A stretch of 64,000 nucleotides of DNA. It comes from Lama guanicoe (Eukaryota). A program made the position numbers and the translations under genes. Of this stretch, positions 1 through 10,670 are shown piece after piece; positions within the stretch are counted from its first letter, which is position 1, and each line of letters opens with the position of its first letter. Where the stretch lies: positions 5,095,842 through 5,159,841 of the forward strand of contig MU053557.1 of assembly GCA_013239625.1 (NCBI GenBank), in the 5' to 3' direction. Under the pieces are notes generated by a model. It saw only the letters and a program-made list of their open reading frames with translations, was not told the origin of the DNA and did no database searches.

Positions 1-381
1 TAATTCTTGTATGTACTTAGGTGCTCCTATATTGGGTGCATATATATTAACGAGTGTAATATCTTCATCTTGTATCACTCCTTTAATCATTATAAAATGT
101 CCTTCTTTATCTTTCTTTATGGCCTTTGTTTTAAAGTCTATTTTGTCTGAAATCAGTACTGCAACACCTGCTTTTTTGGCTTTTCCATTTGCATGGAATA
201 TCCTTTTCCATCCTTTCACTCTCAATCTATATGTGTCCTTCTCCCTAAAGTGGGTCTCTTGTATGCAGCATATTGAAGGTTCTTGCTTTATTATCCAGTC
301 TGCCACTCTATGTCTTTTGACTGGAGCATTTAGTCCATTAACATTTACAGGAATTAATGATAGATGTGTGTTTATTGCCAT
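1..381 (-). CDS. L1 ORF2p, partial (first 127 aa of the APE-like endonuclease domain); transposon-derived, not a host gene
   Basis: ATG at 381-379, then 127 sense codons to the window edge. Absent from the ORF track, presumably because no stop lies in the window. Confidence 0.8.
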   Translation of the reverse strand, partial: MAINTHLSLIPVNVNGLNAPVKRHRVADWIIKQEPSICCIQETHFREKDTYRLRVKGWKRIFHANGKAKKAGVAVLISDKIDFKTKAIKKDKEGHFIMIKGVIQDEDITLVNIYAPNIGAPKYIQEL

Positions 382-403
382 TTTGAACTTATCTTTGCAG
401 TTG
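1..403 (-). mobile_element. LINE-1, 5'-truncated, ORF2 N-terminal endonuclease region; continues beyond the window start
   Basis: Reverse complement of 381..1 translates without a stop: MAINTHLSLIPVNVNGLNAPVKRHRVADWIIKQEPSICCIQETHFREKDTYRLRVKGWKRIFHANGKAKKAGVAVLISDKIDFKTKAIKKDKEGHFIMIKGVIQDEDITLVNIYAPNIGAPKYIQEL. It carries the L1 endonuclease motifs NVNG, CCIQETH, AGVA and NIYAPN. Confidence 0.95.
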
Positions 404-724
404 AAGGCAGGTGACTTTTTAGTTCCTTTTGCTTTAAGTCCTTGCCTCCTGAGACTGTATAAATAGGTGGGGAATAGGTGTGTGCCTGACTCCCTGGCCC
501 AAGTCAGAGAATCACATAATTGTGGGTGGCTGGCACGGAACCTCAGTGATTATCAAGACCCATGTCCTTCTCCCTCACTCAGTCAACAAAAACTTACGAA
601 GCAGTTGTGTTGAATAGAATGTGGGCAGGGGTGGCAACTGCTGGGTTCACAGATTTATCCTTGATACCAAACACACTGGCTGTCATATAGTAGGTGCTCA
701 TTAAACATCTTTTGAATGATGGAT

Positions 725-862
725 CATTTCCTGCAGCAGAGTCATCTAGGGGAGCCTATTAAATGCAGGCTCCTTGGCCCACTGTAGACTTACTGAATTG
801 TAATCTCTGGTAACAGGGCCCAGGTGACTGTCATGCCCTTCAGAGTTTGAGAACCATGGCTG
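725..862. mobile_element. MER5-type hAT-Charlie DNA transposon remnant
   Basis: ttaaatgcaggctcc...ctgaattgtaatctctgg...agtttgagaaccatgg resembles the MER5A body and terminal repeat; boundaries approximate. Confidence 0.6.
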
Positions 863-1234
863 TAGCGTCTGAAAAAAGCATCCTCCTACGATCAGAGGGG
901 AGAAAATGCTGGTGTTTACTTCCGAGCATTTGTTGGTAGTGACTGAAATATTCAAGTCAGATGGTTCACTTTGCTGTAGCCACTTCCATGGAGACTGAAG
1001 CAGTCTGGGCTTAGCCCAGGGTATGTGCAAGGCAAACTTTCACTAATCTCGGAAGAAGCAAGGCCAATAAAAAGGCAGAGGAGATAAGAGTCAAGCCACA
1101 TGAAGTTCAAGTTTGGCATGATTAGTGCCCTTCACTTGAAAGTCATAAAATAGGAAATGTGCCACCATTCCAGCTTCCTGGTAGGGGTTGCTGGTGTGAG
1201 GTTTTTCTCAGTCACTTTCAAGGGTCTGTGGCTT

Positions 1235-1415
1235 TGACCGTGCACAGATCTGCCTTCAGATCTCAACTGTGTCTCTAACTGCATGGTCTTGGGCTTATCA
1301 CTTTAACCCCTTTTAAGCTTTAGTTTCCTCGGTCATAAAATGGACATCACATTGCCTACTCCTCAGGGTCGTTGAAGACAATCTGAGATGATATAAACTC
1401 AGGTATCTGGCACAC
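1235..1415 (+). mobile_element. MIR SINE
   Basis: MIR core: gtcttgggc...ctttagtttcctcggtcataaaatgg...tacctactcctcaggg-like. Confidence 0.6.
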
Positions 1416-2119
1416 ACGCAGTAGAGAAAACCTGTTAAGTTTTGGCTGATACCTATAAACTGCCATAATATCTAGGCTGGGGGGTTCAGTAGAGGCTCTC
1501 TTGTTTTTACAGGTAGGGTAACAGTCTCAGAGAGGGGAAGCTAATTGTACAAGGTCATCAAGCCCATTAGGCTTCTTGAAGGCTTTTATGGACCAGAGAA
1601 GGTGATGAGGCTGTGACTCTGTGGGTGGCCTGTGATAAAGGAATTCCTGGGATAAGGTGCTTTTGTAAAAGCGGCTAGATATCTCAGGTGAGGTGCCTTC
1701 TCACTTGAGTTTCTTGCTAGCCAGAAGCCCATTCTGAGGACGTGGGGATTAGTGAGAACCCCCCTAAAGCTGGACAATTTGTGGCTTTTCTATCAACACC
1801 AGAGTTTTAAAGACAAAAATCTTTGACTGAGTGCTGTTGAGGCCTTCCCTGGAGGCCCCGTCTGGCACTGCAGCTCTGCCAGGCCAAGGCTGGAGATGGC
1901 TGGCCTTGGGGACCTTCCAAGAATGGCCTCTGGGCTATAAGAGGGCACAATACCAATCAGAAGCCAGGCTGGATCTGGTAGGGACACTTCTGGAAACAGA
2001 GTCCCATGGGGGTCTGACCCTGGTGTCTGTGGGCAGAGCAGAAAAGCAGGGCCTTAGATGAGCTCACATCCTCCGTGCTAACGGTGATGACATTGGTGAT
2101 TGTGGTGATGGTAATGAAA

Positions 2120-2690
2120 GAGTGAGAATAAGCTTTCCTCTCTGCCGGGTGCTGGGCCAAGCAATTTACTTTACATGCAGTTTCATTCAGTCTTCACAAG
2201 ATCCCAACATGGAGGAAACTGCAGCTCAGAGAGGTTAAGTAAATAACCAAAGGCCCAAAGCTAGTGAGCACCAGGATTCCAATCCAGATCAATTGGATTT
2301 CAAGGTAGCCAGCAGCCTGTAAGTGCTGGAAGAAAGGAAAGTAACATTGTTCAGGGCCTTCAAGGGACATATATTTTATCTCCATTTTTACAAATGAGGA
2401 AACAGAAAAGCAGAGAGGTTAGCATATTCCCCATGAAGGCAGGTACTGTACCAAGCCCTTTACATATATTATCTCCTCAATCATCAAAACATCCCTGTGA
2501 AATAAGAAATTCTAAGATCCTCATTTGTGTACATGAGGAAACCAAGGGCTGAGACTAAATGACTTGCAGGTATTCAAAACCAGGCAGTCTGACTAGAGGG
2601 CCCATGCTCTTAACTTCCTGAGTTGCCCAACATGGGAATGAGATGTGGCAGGCTGGACCAAAACCCAGGACTCCTGACTCCCAGGCTAAT
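2120..2690 (-). mobile_element. Cluster of minus-strand MIR fragments
   Basis: Repeated gaggaaactgcagctcagagaggttaagt, ccatttttacaaatgaggaaacag and catgaggaaaccaagg cores. Confidence 0.7.
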
Positions 2691-3194
2691 GGTCCAAGGC
2701 CACGTGTAGGCTCTCTCTTGGGATTCATTGTTCCTTAAAATTGCACTGGTCTAAGGCCCAAAGAGTGAAATCACACCCTGCAGTTCGAGGAACCTCAAGC
2801 TGGAGAAGGGAAGTCTTGCTCTCTTGTTCAAGTCTGAGCAGGTGTACTGGGGACTCTCCCTGTTTCCTCCTCTGGCTGGGAGGGAGCCCAGGCAGGGCCA
2901 GCAGGGTGGAGCAGCCCTTGTGAGTGCAAGGTGGGAGGAGAGCAGAAGGCAGGAGGATCCAATAAATTAGGTCTAATTCTTCCCACCTTCCCGCCTTTAT
3001 CCAGGTGGTGCCCTTACCTCCTGCTTGGCAAACAGTAGGGCATGATGATCAGAGTTCAAGATTGGCATCAGGAGGCCTGAGTTCTGGTTCTGGCTCTGGC
3101 AGTCACTCCATGTGCACCCCTGACTCTGGATACTTTCCTTATCTATACAATGTGTGGTGGTGACAACGGGAGATCAAAATCCTCTGGGGTTTTC

Positions 3195-3625
3195 AGTTAA
3201 CACATTTATCAAGCACCTACTATACACCTGGCACTGGAGACATAGCATGTGCAAAAACAGATTCAGGCCCTGCATTCACGGGTCTTAGAATCTAGTAATA
3301 AGAGACTTGAAGATCAAATCTTCACTGAAACTAATGTAAAATGACAACTATTACCAGTGTTTTAAAGGAAAGGCTGCAGAGCTAAAGGAGTCCAGGATGG
3401 TGGGAGTTGGGGGAGAGGGAACGGGTTGACAATCTGAAGGGCAATGGGGAAGGATGCCGGGAAGATGTGGTTTACTAGGTGAATGTCCGCTGGTTTGGAC
3501 AGCACTCCATGTGTAGAGCCTGCTGTGAGATGGTTCATCCAAAAAACTGAGAGAAGGCCAGTGGGCCTGGGGAAGCAGGCAGGAGGCTGGTCACTTCAAG
3601 GCATTGTGGGCCATGGTAAAAGAAA
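3195..3625 (-). mobile_element. L2 LINE 3' fragment
   Basis: acatttatcaagcacctactatacacctggcactggagacatagc...agattcaggccctgcattcacgggtcttagaatctagt is an L2 3' end in reverse. Confidence 0.6.
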
Positions 3626-4332
3626 TCATTTAAGTTTAGGGTTTTTTGGGGGGGGGGTTAGGGAGTGAGGGGGAGACTTGAGAGAGAGAATAAACTTAGA
3701 ATGAGTCAATGCACCTAACAAGGAAAAGATTTTTTAAAATGCCACCTCCTCCTAGGAGCCTTCCCTGATTTCTCCAGCTTTGACCTGTGGTATCCCTCCC
3801 TCTCTGGCCTGCAGCCTGGCTAGACAAACTCAAGCCACCAGCACAATCAGATCTGGGCTTTGTCGTCCTGTATTGAATTGCACTGTGGCTTCAAATGAGG
3901 GCCTCCGCCTTCTCGGGCCTCAGTTTCCCCAGCTGTGCAGAAGCAGGTTGTCTCTAAGGACCCGCCCAGAGCTAACACAACGTGATTCGCTCTGGCAGGA
4001 GCGGGGGGCTGCCCGCATTGCTGCGTAGGCAACGGGCTGCTGGCTGGGGCACCATCACCTGGCTGCGGGCGCTTTCCTCCCGAGCTGGGGGCCGCGAGCG
4101 AAAATCGCGGCGCCAGAGGTTGCGCAGGGAAGGGGGCGCGCGACCCCCGGCTCGCGCGGCCGCTGCGCGGCCCCGCCCCCGCAGCCAGCGGCCCTGCGGC
4201 AGCCGGGGCCTGAGCTCCGCCCTCCTCCCGCCGGCCTCTCTCCCTCCTCCCGCCTCCCTCGCTCGCTCGCTCTCTCCCCCCCGCGGCGGGCTCGGCGCTG
4301 ACTCCGCCGCACGCTGCAGCCGCGGCTGGAAG

Positions 4333-4410
4333 ATGGCGGGGAACGACTGCGGCGCGCTGCTGGACGAAGAGCTCTCCTCCTTCTTCCTCAACTATCTCGC
4401 CGACACGCAG
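4333..4410 (+). CDS. PPARGC1B: PPARGC1B (PGC-1beta) coding exon 1, 26 codons, phase-0 intron follows
   Basis: Translates to [26 protein letters not shown], the recognised PGC-1beta N-terminus. Strong Kozak context (AAGATGG), donor CAG|GTACGG at 4410/4411, and miR-378 lies 2.4 kb downstream as in other mammals. Confidence 0.97.
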
Positions 4411-6087
4411 GTACGGCCAGCAGGGGCCGCGGGCCTGGGCCATGGGTGCTGAGCTGTGGGGGCTGCCGCCGCAGTCGCGGAGGCCGGGATTCAGAGGTAG
4501 GAGCATTGAGGGGACCGGGGGTTCCAGGTTGCGGAGCCCCTCTTCCATGCACCCTGCGATGTTCGTCGTTACGGCGACAGGGAGCTGGAGGTCCCCCCGC
4601 GCAAGCCGGAGCATTGGGAGAGCTACGGCCGCTGGGGAGGGTCTAGCCATGGTTGCTTAAAGTCCGCCCCCCACCCCCCCCCGCCGGCAGAGCTGAGGGG
4701 TTCCGCGCTTGTCGGGTAGGTGGAGCCGCGCCAAGGTGTGAGGGAACCTCAGGCTGGTTCTGGGTTCGGGAGGCGCGCCCTCAGGCTCCCGGCACTTGCT
4801 GCCGTACTTTCACGTGGACTTGTGGCCCGGGCACAGGCGCCTGCGCCCGTCCGCGGAATCCCCTGGTCCTCCAGTCTCGGATCCCCCGCGCGCTGCTGTT
4901 GGCCCCCCGAGGCTCCCGAAGGGCTCCCGCAGCGCGGAGTTTCCTGCCAGTTGCCCGCTGAGAGTATAGGGGTCTTCGGGGCACGTGGACAGGCGGGCGG
5001 GGATAGAATCTTCCTGGTTTCGCTACCCGGCGTAGCACCGGGGGAAAAGCACGGCAGGATGGGGGCGGAAGGACTGTTTGGGGGCGCCTAGGTCCCCCTT
5101 CGGCGCGCGGCCCTGGTGCGCGCTATGCTGGGGGAAGGGAAGGCGAGGCGGCGTCCCGGGATTTGGCTGCGTCTGGGAGCCCCACCGGCGACACGCGCGT
5201 GACAGGAGAGGGTGTTCTGGTGTGCTGGGAGTGGGGGCGAGGAAGCTGGTGACTTGGAGGCGGGATGGGGGGTGCTGCTGGGATAAACAGCACGGAAAAA
5301 TGCCTGCACAAGGCATGTGCGACCCCCACCTCCTCCCCGGTTTTCCCCACCCCATGCCTGTTGCAAGCATAAAGTTTGGCCCCATAGTTAGGGCTTTTTC
5401 TACTGGCGCCCCGCTGCGGGTAGCCGGGCGGCTGAGGATGCGGCGGAGCGGAGAATGAGACCCCGGATGCGGGCGCATGCCTGAGCGCCGAGAGGGGCCG
5501 CCGGGCGCAACCGGGCGCGGCTCGCGGGGGCTGGTTTGGTACCTGGAGTCGGAGCGCCGGTGCCGGCTTGTTTTGCATAACACTGGAAACTTTTTTTAAT
5601 AATCTGCCTGTCTTTGGGCGGCAGCAGCTGTCATGGGACCGGGTGGGCGGGGAGAGGCTTGCAAGCTGACTCCTTGCCGTGAGACGCGACTTGGAGGGGA
5701 CGCAGCAGCGGAGACATTCAGCACCAGGCTGACTCCGGGTGGCGAGTCCGGGCTGGCGGCTGGGACGGCATGGCGTGGCTGGGTGTCGCGGAGAGGAAGC
5801 CCGCCACGCGCGGGAGGCCATCCCTCGCCCGCTGCAGACGTCCATGCGTCAGGGAGCCGCGGGGCCTCGTGGTCGGTGGTGGGAGCTCTCGAGTGGGTTC
5901 CGGGCAGGGGCCGAATGGCCTGGTGGCGTGTAATCACGCTTCTCCAGGCCGCGGGGAGTGTGTGATGAGCGGTCTGCGCGCGCGGGTATGTGTGTTTGTG
6001 TGCACACGCCGCGCGCGCCGGGCGCGTACCTTTACCTCTGACGAAACTGCAGTGAAGCTCCCGCGGCGGTCACCGGGCGCCGTCACT

Positions 6088-6141
6088 CGCCCCGCGCCCA
6101 TGTCTGCTCCGATCCGCCCCGCGCCCTTGTCTGCTCCGATC
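6088..6141 (+). repeat. Tandem duplication, 2 x 27 bp
   Basis: cgccccgcgcccAtgtctgctccgatc followed by cgccccgcgcccTtgtctgctccgatc; one mismatch. Confidence 0.9.
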
Positions 6142-6689
6142 CCAGCCTCGGCCCCACCAGTGCCCCCCAGCCGACAGCCAGGGACTAGAGAACTGGGTGC
6201 GGACGGGCAGAGTTGCCCCTGGGAAAGTTCTGTCCCTCGGCACTCGCACTTGTCTGCGGTTATCTCCAAATCTCTCGACTAAGACGCTGCTGAAGGAGGT
6301 CTGAAATAGCCAAAGACTCGTTCAGAGACCCATAGCAAGAACTTGTCCGTTTTGGACCCTACGCCAGATTTTAACTCCATCTTCTGTGTTCTTTGGCTCA
6401 CCGATAATTAATTTTTTGCCCTTTAGCCGCCCAGCGGGCCTACCCTGCAGGGGTATTTTACCCAAGGAAACTAGAAAATTGGGTAATCAGGTATCAGTAG
6501 AAGCGGTGCAGTGAAAGTTAATCTGGGACGTTTGCTTTTTTTGTTTAACCACGTGACAGGCAGAGGATCTTCTGATGATCTTTGCCGGCCCAACTTGGGA
6601 AATGTAATTGATAGGGGGAGCTTTGCAACCGCCCCTAGAAGGCTCATAGAGCCAGCCAAAAGAGGACCTGGGCGGGCCATCGCCTGCCT

Positions 6690-6800
6690 CCTCATTTTAC
6701 AGTTGGGGACAGAGGCTGTGAGGGCTGAGCGGCTGGTACAGGACCACGCAGCCAGTGGGTGACAGAGCCACCCAGGGCTCCTGACTCCAGGTCCTGTGTG
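6690..6800 (-). mobile_element. MIR, minus strand; its 5' end supplies the miR-378 5p arm
   Basis: ctcattttacagttggggacagaggctgtgagggctgagc...ggaccacgcagccagtgggtgacagagcc...ctcctgactcc follows the reverse MIR consensus. Confidence 0.7.
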
Positions 6801-6839
6801 TTACCTCGAAATAGCACTGGACTTGGAGTCAGAAGGCCT
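6774..6839 (+). ncRNA. MIR378A: pre-miR-378a (5p arm 6778-6799 CUCCUGACUCCAGGUCCUGUGU; 3p arm 6816-6837 ACUGGACUUGGAGUCAGAAGGC)
   Basis: Both mature sequences match miR-378a as I recall them, the arms pair into a hairpin, and the position in PPARGC1B intron 1 is the known one. Confidence 0.97.
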
Positions 6840-6940
6840 GAGTGGAATCGCCTTCCCCACTCTCTGGCTGGGTGACCCCGGAGCAAGCCATTTTAACTCT
6901 CGGAGCCTCCTTTCCTCCATCTGTCAAATGGGGCTGGTGG
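6812..6940 (+). mobile_element. MIR, plus strand; its 5' end supplies the miR-378 3p arm
   Basis: agcactggacttggagtcagaaggcctgag...gctgggtgacccc...aagccattttaactctcggagcctcctttcctccatctgtcaaatgggg follows the forward MIR consensus. Confidence 0.7.
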
Positions 6941-7799
6941 TGCTAGCAAGAGAAGCCAATGGCCTGGTGGTGGGGGTGAGCACTGTTTGCATGTGAGATG
7001 TCTGGTTGTTCCTGCAACTTCCTCTCTTCCCCCCAGACCCTGCCTGACCCTCCTGTCCTCCATCTCCCTCTTTGGAAGGGGTGGGGAGAGTGAGTAAAAA
7101 GTATTTGTTGTCTTTATCTCAAAGACTTGTCTTTGATGGCTAATCCAGGGTTAGATAGAGGGAGGACTTGCGTTTAGGAGACTTAACTTTTACCCATTCA
7201 GGCCAAAGTTCAGAAATTCAGCAGACCAAGATTGTGAAAGCTTCTTGGAAAGGTTTGGGGCTTGTATCCGGAAGGACTTTGGGTTGGCTTCACTTTGCTC
7301 AGGCTGTGCCCCTGGCCTGCAGAGTCCTCACCCACCATTCCTGCATGGCGCTGTCCTCTAGCAGGCCTCCCCAGCCCAGCTCGTCCTGCTTTCTCTCTCT
7401 TCTGGTTTTCTTCGTCTGTGTTACACAACCAAGCACTTTGTGTATTAGTCCTGTGACCCAGTAAGATTCTCGAACTAGAGTTGTGCCTTTCATCTCTTTG
7501 TGCCCCCCATGGCACCTGTCACCCTGCTGAGTTCCTTTGCTCAGCTCTTGGCTAGGCACAGGAATGACAGACAAGGGGGAGCTCTCAGGCTGGCTGGGAA
7601 GACAGCTGGGCAGCGAGTATGGGGAGAGAGGAATGCAGAGGGCTGCAGCTGTGGGCAATGACTTAGGCTCCAAAGGCCACACAGTAAGCCCACGCTAAAT
7701 ATGGGTTGTTTGAAGTTGCTTGGGGCATCAGTCATAGATGCCCAAAATGTCAGAGTTGGCAGGAACTTCACAAATCATCGGGTCCAACTGCTTATCATT

Positions 7800-8570
7800 T
7801 AAAAATATTTAATGATAGAATTGTTAGAAAATAATGGCAAACATTAAAAAAAATTGAAAATATGTCGTCTTACCCTAACATAACCACAATTAATTTGCAT
7901 AGGGGATATATTTCCAGACTTTTTCTTTCCTATTGATTTCTATTGATTATATCTTTTGTACCAAAGTAGAATCATTCTTTATAAACTGATTGTAACTTGA
8001 AATCACACTGTTGTAATTTGCTTTTTTCCCTCCTCCAAACAATACGCTGTGCCTGTCTTTCCACATCAATAAATATTCTACTTAATATCTTAATGGTTAT
8101 ATAGTATTGAGGGGTTGAACCAAAATGCATGTTATCAATCCTGTATTGTTACTCACTTAAGTAGCTTATAATTTTTGCTATTGTAAGCCATGCTGAAATG
8201 AATATCTTTGCATATGTCTTCTTTTCTTCATTTAAATTCCTAGAAATGAAATTACTCCGTCAAAGGAACTATGCAGGCGTTTGGTAAACATATTTCTGGA
8301 TTGCCTTCTAGAAAGATTGTACTAATTTATACACCAGCACTGTGTGGGAATGCCTGGTTCTCTACACCCAGATAACTCTTGGTATTTTAATTGTTTTTCA
8401 TATTTACCAGTTTGTTCATCAATAAACTTTGTCCATCCCTGTCGTTTTAATGTGCATTTCTTTGAGGACTTGTGATCCTGAACCTTTTCCCCGTATGATT
8501 GTGGGCCATTTGCAGTTCTATTCTGTGAAATGTCATATTGGTGAACTTGGCCCATTTGGCATTTGGTATC
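7800..8570 (-). mobile_element. Old L1 (L1M-type) 3' fragment
   Basis: AT-rich; tttttgctattgtaagccatgctgaaatgaatatctttgcat, ttgccttctagaaagattgtactaatttatacaccagca and ttttaatgtgcatttctttga. Confidence 0.7.
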
Positions 8571-9214
8571 CTGTCTCCTCATTGTTGTAAACCTGGATCT
8601 GAGTGCCCAGGAGGGGCCCTTGCTACATGGAGACTGGGAAAAGTGGCTTGAAGTCTAAGTGTTAACTTGCTAGGTTTGAAACGTTGCTGCCTCCACAGCC
8701 ACTGAGGCTGGGACTAACTTCTTTTCCTAGTTACAGTTCTGGCCATCTGTAGGGGCAGGCTACAGTGCAACCTCTGCTGGGTGCCTTTGTCCACTCTTCA
8801 CCTGTGTGAGGCCCAGGGGAATAACTTCTTTACCCCAGCCTGGGAGGGGACACGTTTGCTGGCTTTGTTTACTGGTGGCCCAGGATCCACTTTCACTGGA
8901 GCTCCCTGGTTGGTGCTAATGATCAGGATGCTTGTAAAACCCAGGAAAGGCTATGGCCCAGCTACTGGGCCCTGGGGGCTCATATTTCCCCTTCACCCTG
9001 GGACCCTCCTCTCCCCAGCTGGTGCAGGCCAGCCAGAAGCTCCACCATTGCCAGGATGTGAGTCACCCTTTCCCTTCTCTCTGAAACAATAGAAGGAATA
9101 CTGGTTTGAGTCAGAAGCAGCCTTGCAAATGGGGGCTTGGGCTTGGGCTTGGAAGTGAGTCCCTAACACGAGAGCATTGCATTGTTAACAGCTGTCTCCT
9201 TCTGCATCACTGTC

Positions 9215-9435
9215 ATCATCAATGCCGTTTATGGAGCATCCTCTAGGTGCTCTGCACTCTGCTGAGCCTTCTATTTGCATTATTATATTTCATTCTCACA
9301 AAGATCCTACAAAGTGTAGGTGCTGTTATTCCCATTTTGCAGATGAGGAGTTCACAGTGTCAGAGAAACTCACTGACTTGCTGAAGACAACCTACGTCTA
9401 CTACCTTCAAGTGAGTAGAAGAACCAGGATCGTGG
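9215..9435 (-). mobile_element. MIR SINE
   Basis: ttattcccattttgcagatgaggagttcacagtgtcagagaaact...tgacttgctgaagac. Confidence 0.7.
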
Positions 9436-10454
9436 GTGAGGTCCCCAGGCCTCTTGACTCCAAGCTCCATGAAGACAGGGACTACTCTATTTCTGTTCAT
9501 CATTTTATTTCCAGTACCTTGAGCAAATGAGGGTAAATTGTGTAGAGAGAAGGCACAACTCCTAAGTCCTTCTACTCTAGGCCTCTGTTTCCCAATCTAT
9601 GAAATGGGGCTATTAGGCCCTAACTCTCAGGATTGGGAATTAAATAATTTAATGTATATAAAATGAGCATCAGTCTGCTGTTCACAAAATGTAGACGTTT
9701 TCTCTCTTTGAAGCACTGTGGGAGGGCAAGGTCAAAGATAGAGCTAACTCCCATCTGTGCCATCTTTTTTATGTAAGAAAAGGAAGCATAATTCTTGTTA
9801 CATGAGGGTGAAGGGAACCCAAATAAAGTCATTTGGAAGAGAATGAGCGGGGTTGTTTACTATCTCTCCTTCTCCAGCATACTTGAATGCCTCACATCCA
9901 TCCTGTGGACACTCAGCTGATGCAGAATCAATAGGATTGGATTGACTTTTCTGTTCCTCTCCCCCTTCTCTGGTCTAGGTTCTTATCCATGCAGAATTGG
10001 ATTCCTGCATCTACTACCAAACAGATCCTTGCCACACCAGATTTTGCCCCCTCCTGCTTGTCCTCAGCCCTGGTGGCGGATCAGTCCTCCTAGAGTGCAT
10101 GTCTGATGTCCCTCCCTTGCTCACAGGTCACCCAGGGCTCCCCAGGACTTTTAAAGTCTCAAGTTTAACCTCATGTTCAAGGGCCTTCGGATACTTGAAG
10201 TTGGAGAGTTAGACCCCCGATTTTATCCCGAGTTGTCTGCTTTCCCTTTGGGATCCTGGCCCACCTCAGGCTACATCATGAACCCTCTCCCTGGAAGCAT
10301 AGGCTCTTGCTGTTGTCTTCTGTCTCTTCTTTCTCTGTTCCCGCTGTTTCCATTATGCATCCCACAAGACTCAGCTCTCAGGCCATCATTTTGGTGACGC
10401 CTCCTCACCTCCAGGTACAACCGCTCCTTCCCATATGTGACAGTGTGCACTCAC

Positions 10455-10670
10455 TTTGAAGTCAGCCTGCTTGGATTTGAGTCCTGGTTCTGTGGTTTAC
10501 TGCCTTTGGTGGGTCACATGACCTCTCCCGAACCTCTGTTTCCTCATGTGTAAAGATACTGATAAGTAGTACTTCCCGGATAAGACTTTCCAGGAGTCAG
10601 TGAAAAATCAAAAGACAAAACGGATTTAAGGGGCCTGTCACAATGCATGGCCTATAAGCACCAAATAAAT
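10455..10670 (+). mobile_element. MIR SINE
   Basis: ctttgaagtcagcctgcttggatttgagtcctggttctg...aacctctgtttcctcatgtgtaaa. Confidence 0.65.

Larger units (their letters stand above)
3980..6250. promoter_or_regulatory. PPARGC1B: CpG island and TATA-less promoter of PPARGC1B, covering exon 1 and proximal intron 1
   Basis: Abrupt rise in GC content and CpG density. GC boxes (ccccgcccc ~4171), pyrimidine-rich ctcgctcgctcgctctc upstream of the ATG, CACGTG at 4811 and 4982, GCGCATGC at 5473. Confidence 0.9.

Noticed and set aside
11..466. 151-aa hydrophobic + strand ORF
   Set aside because: Antisense shadow of L1 ORF2; the meaningful frame is on the minus strand.
1550..1557. ERR-type CAAGGTCA/TGACCTTG motifs here and at ~12886
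   Set aside because: Part of the MIR consensus, so expected by descent; no evidence of function from sequence alone.
3982..4452. 156-aa ORF suggesting an N-terminally extended PGC-1beta (in-frame CTG at 4210) or an intron read-through peptide
   Set aside because: Stop-poor GC-rich sequence. The upstream part probably precedes the transcription start and the downstream part crosses the splice donor. Only 4333-4410 is supported.
3847..6282. Many overlapping 85-267 aa ORFs on both strands
   Set aside because: Typical CpG-island artefacts: Arg/Pro/Gly/Ala-rich with no recognisable domain.
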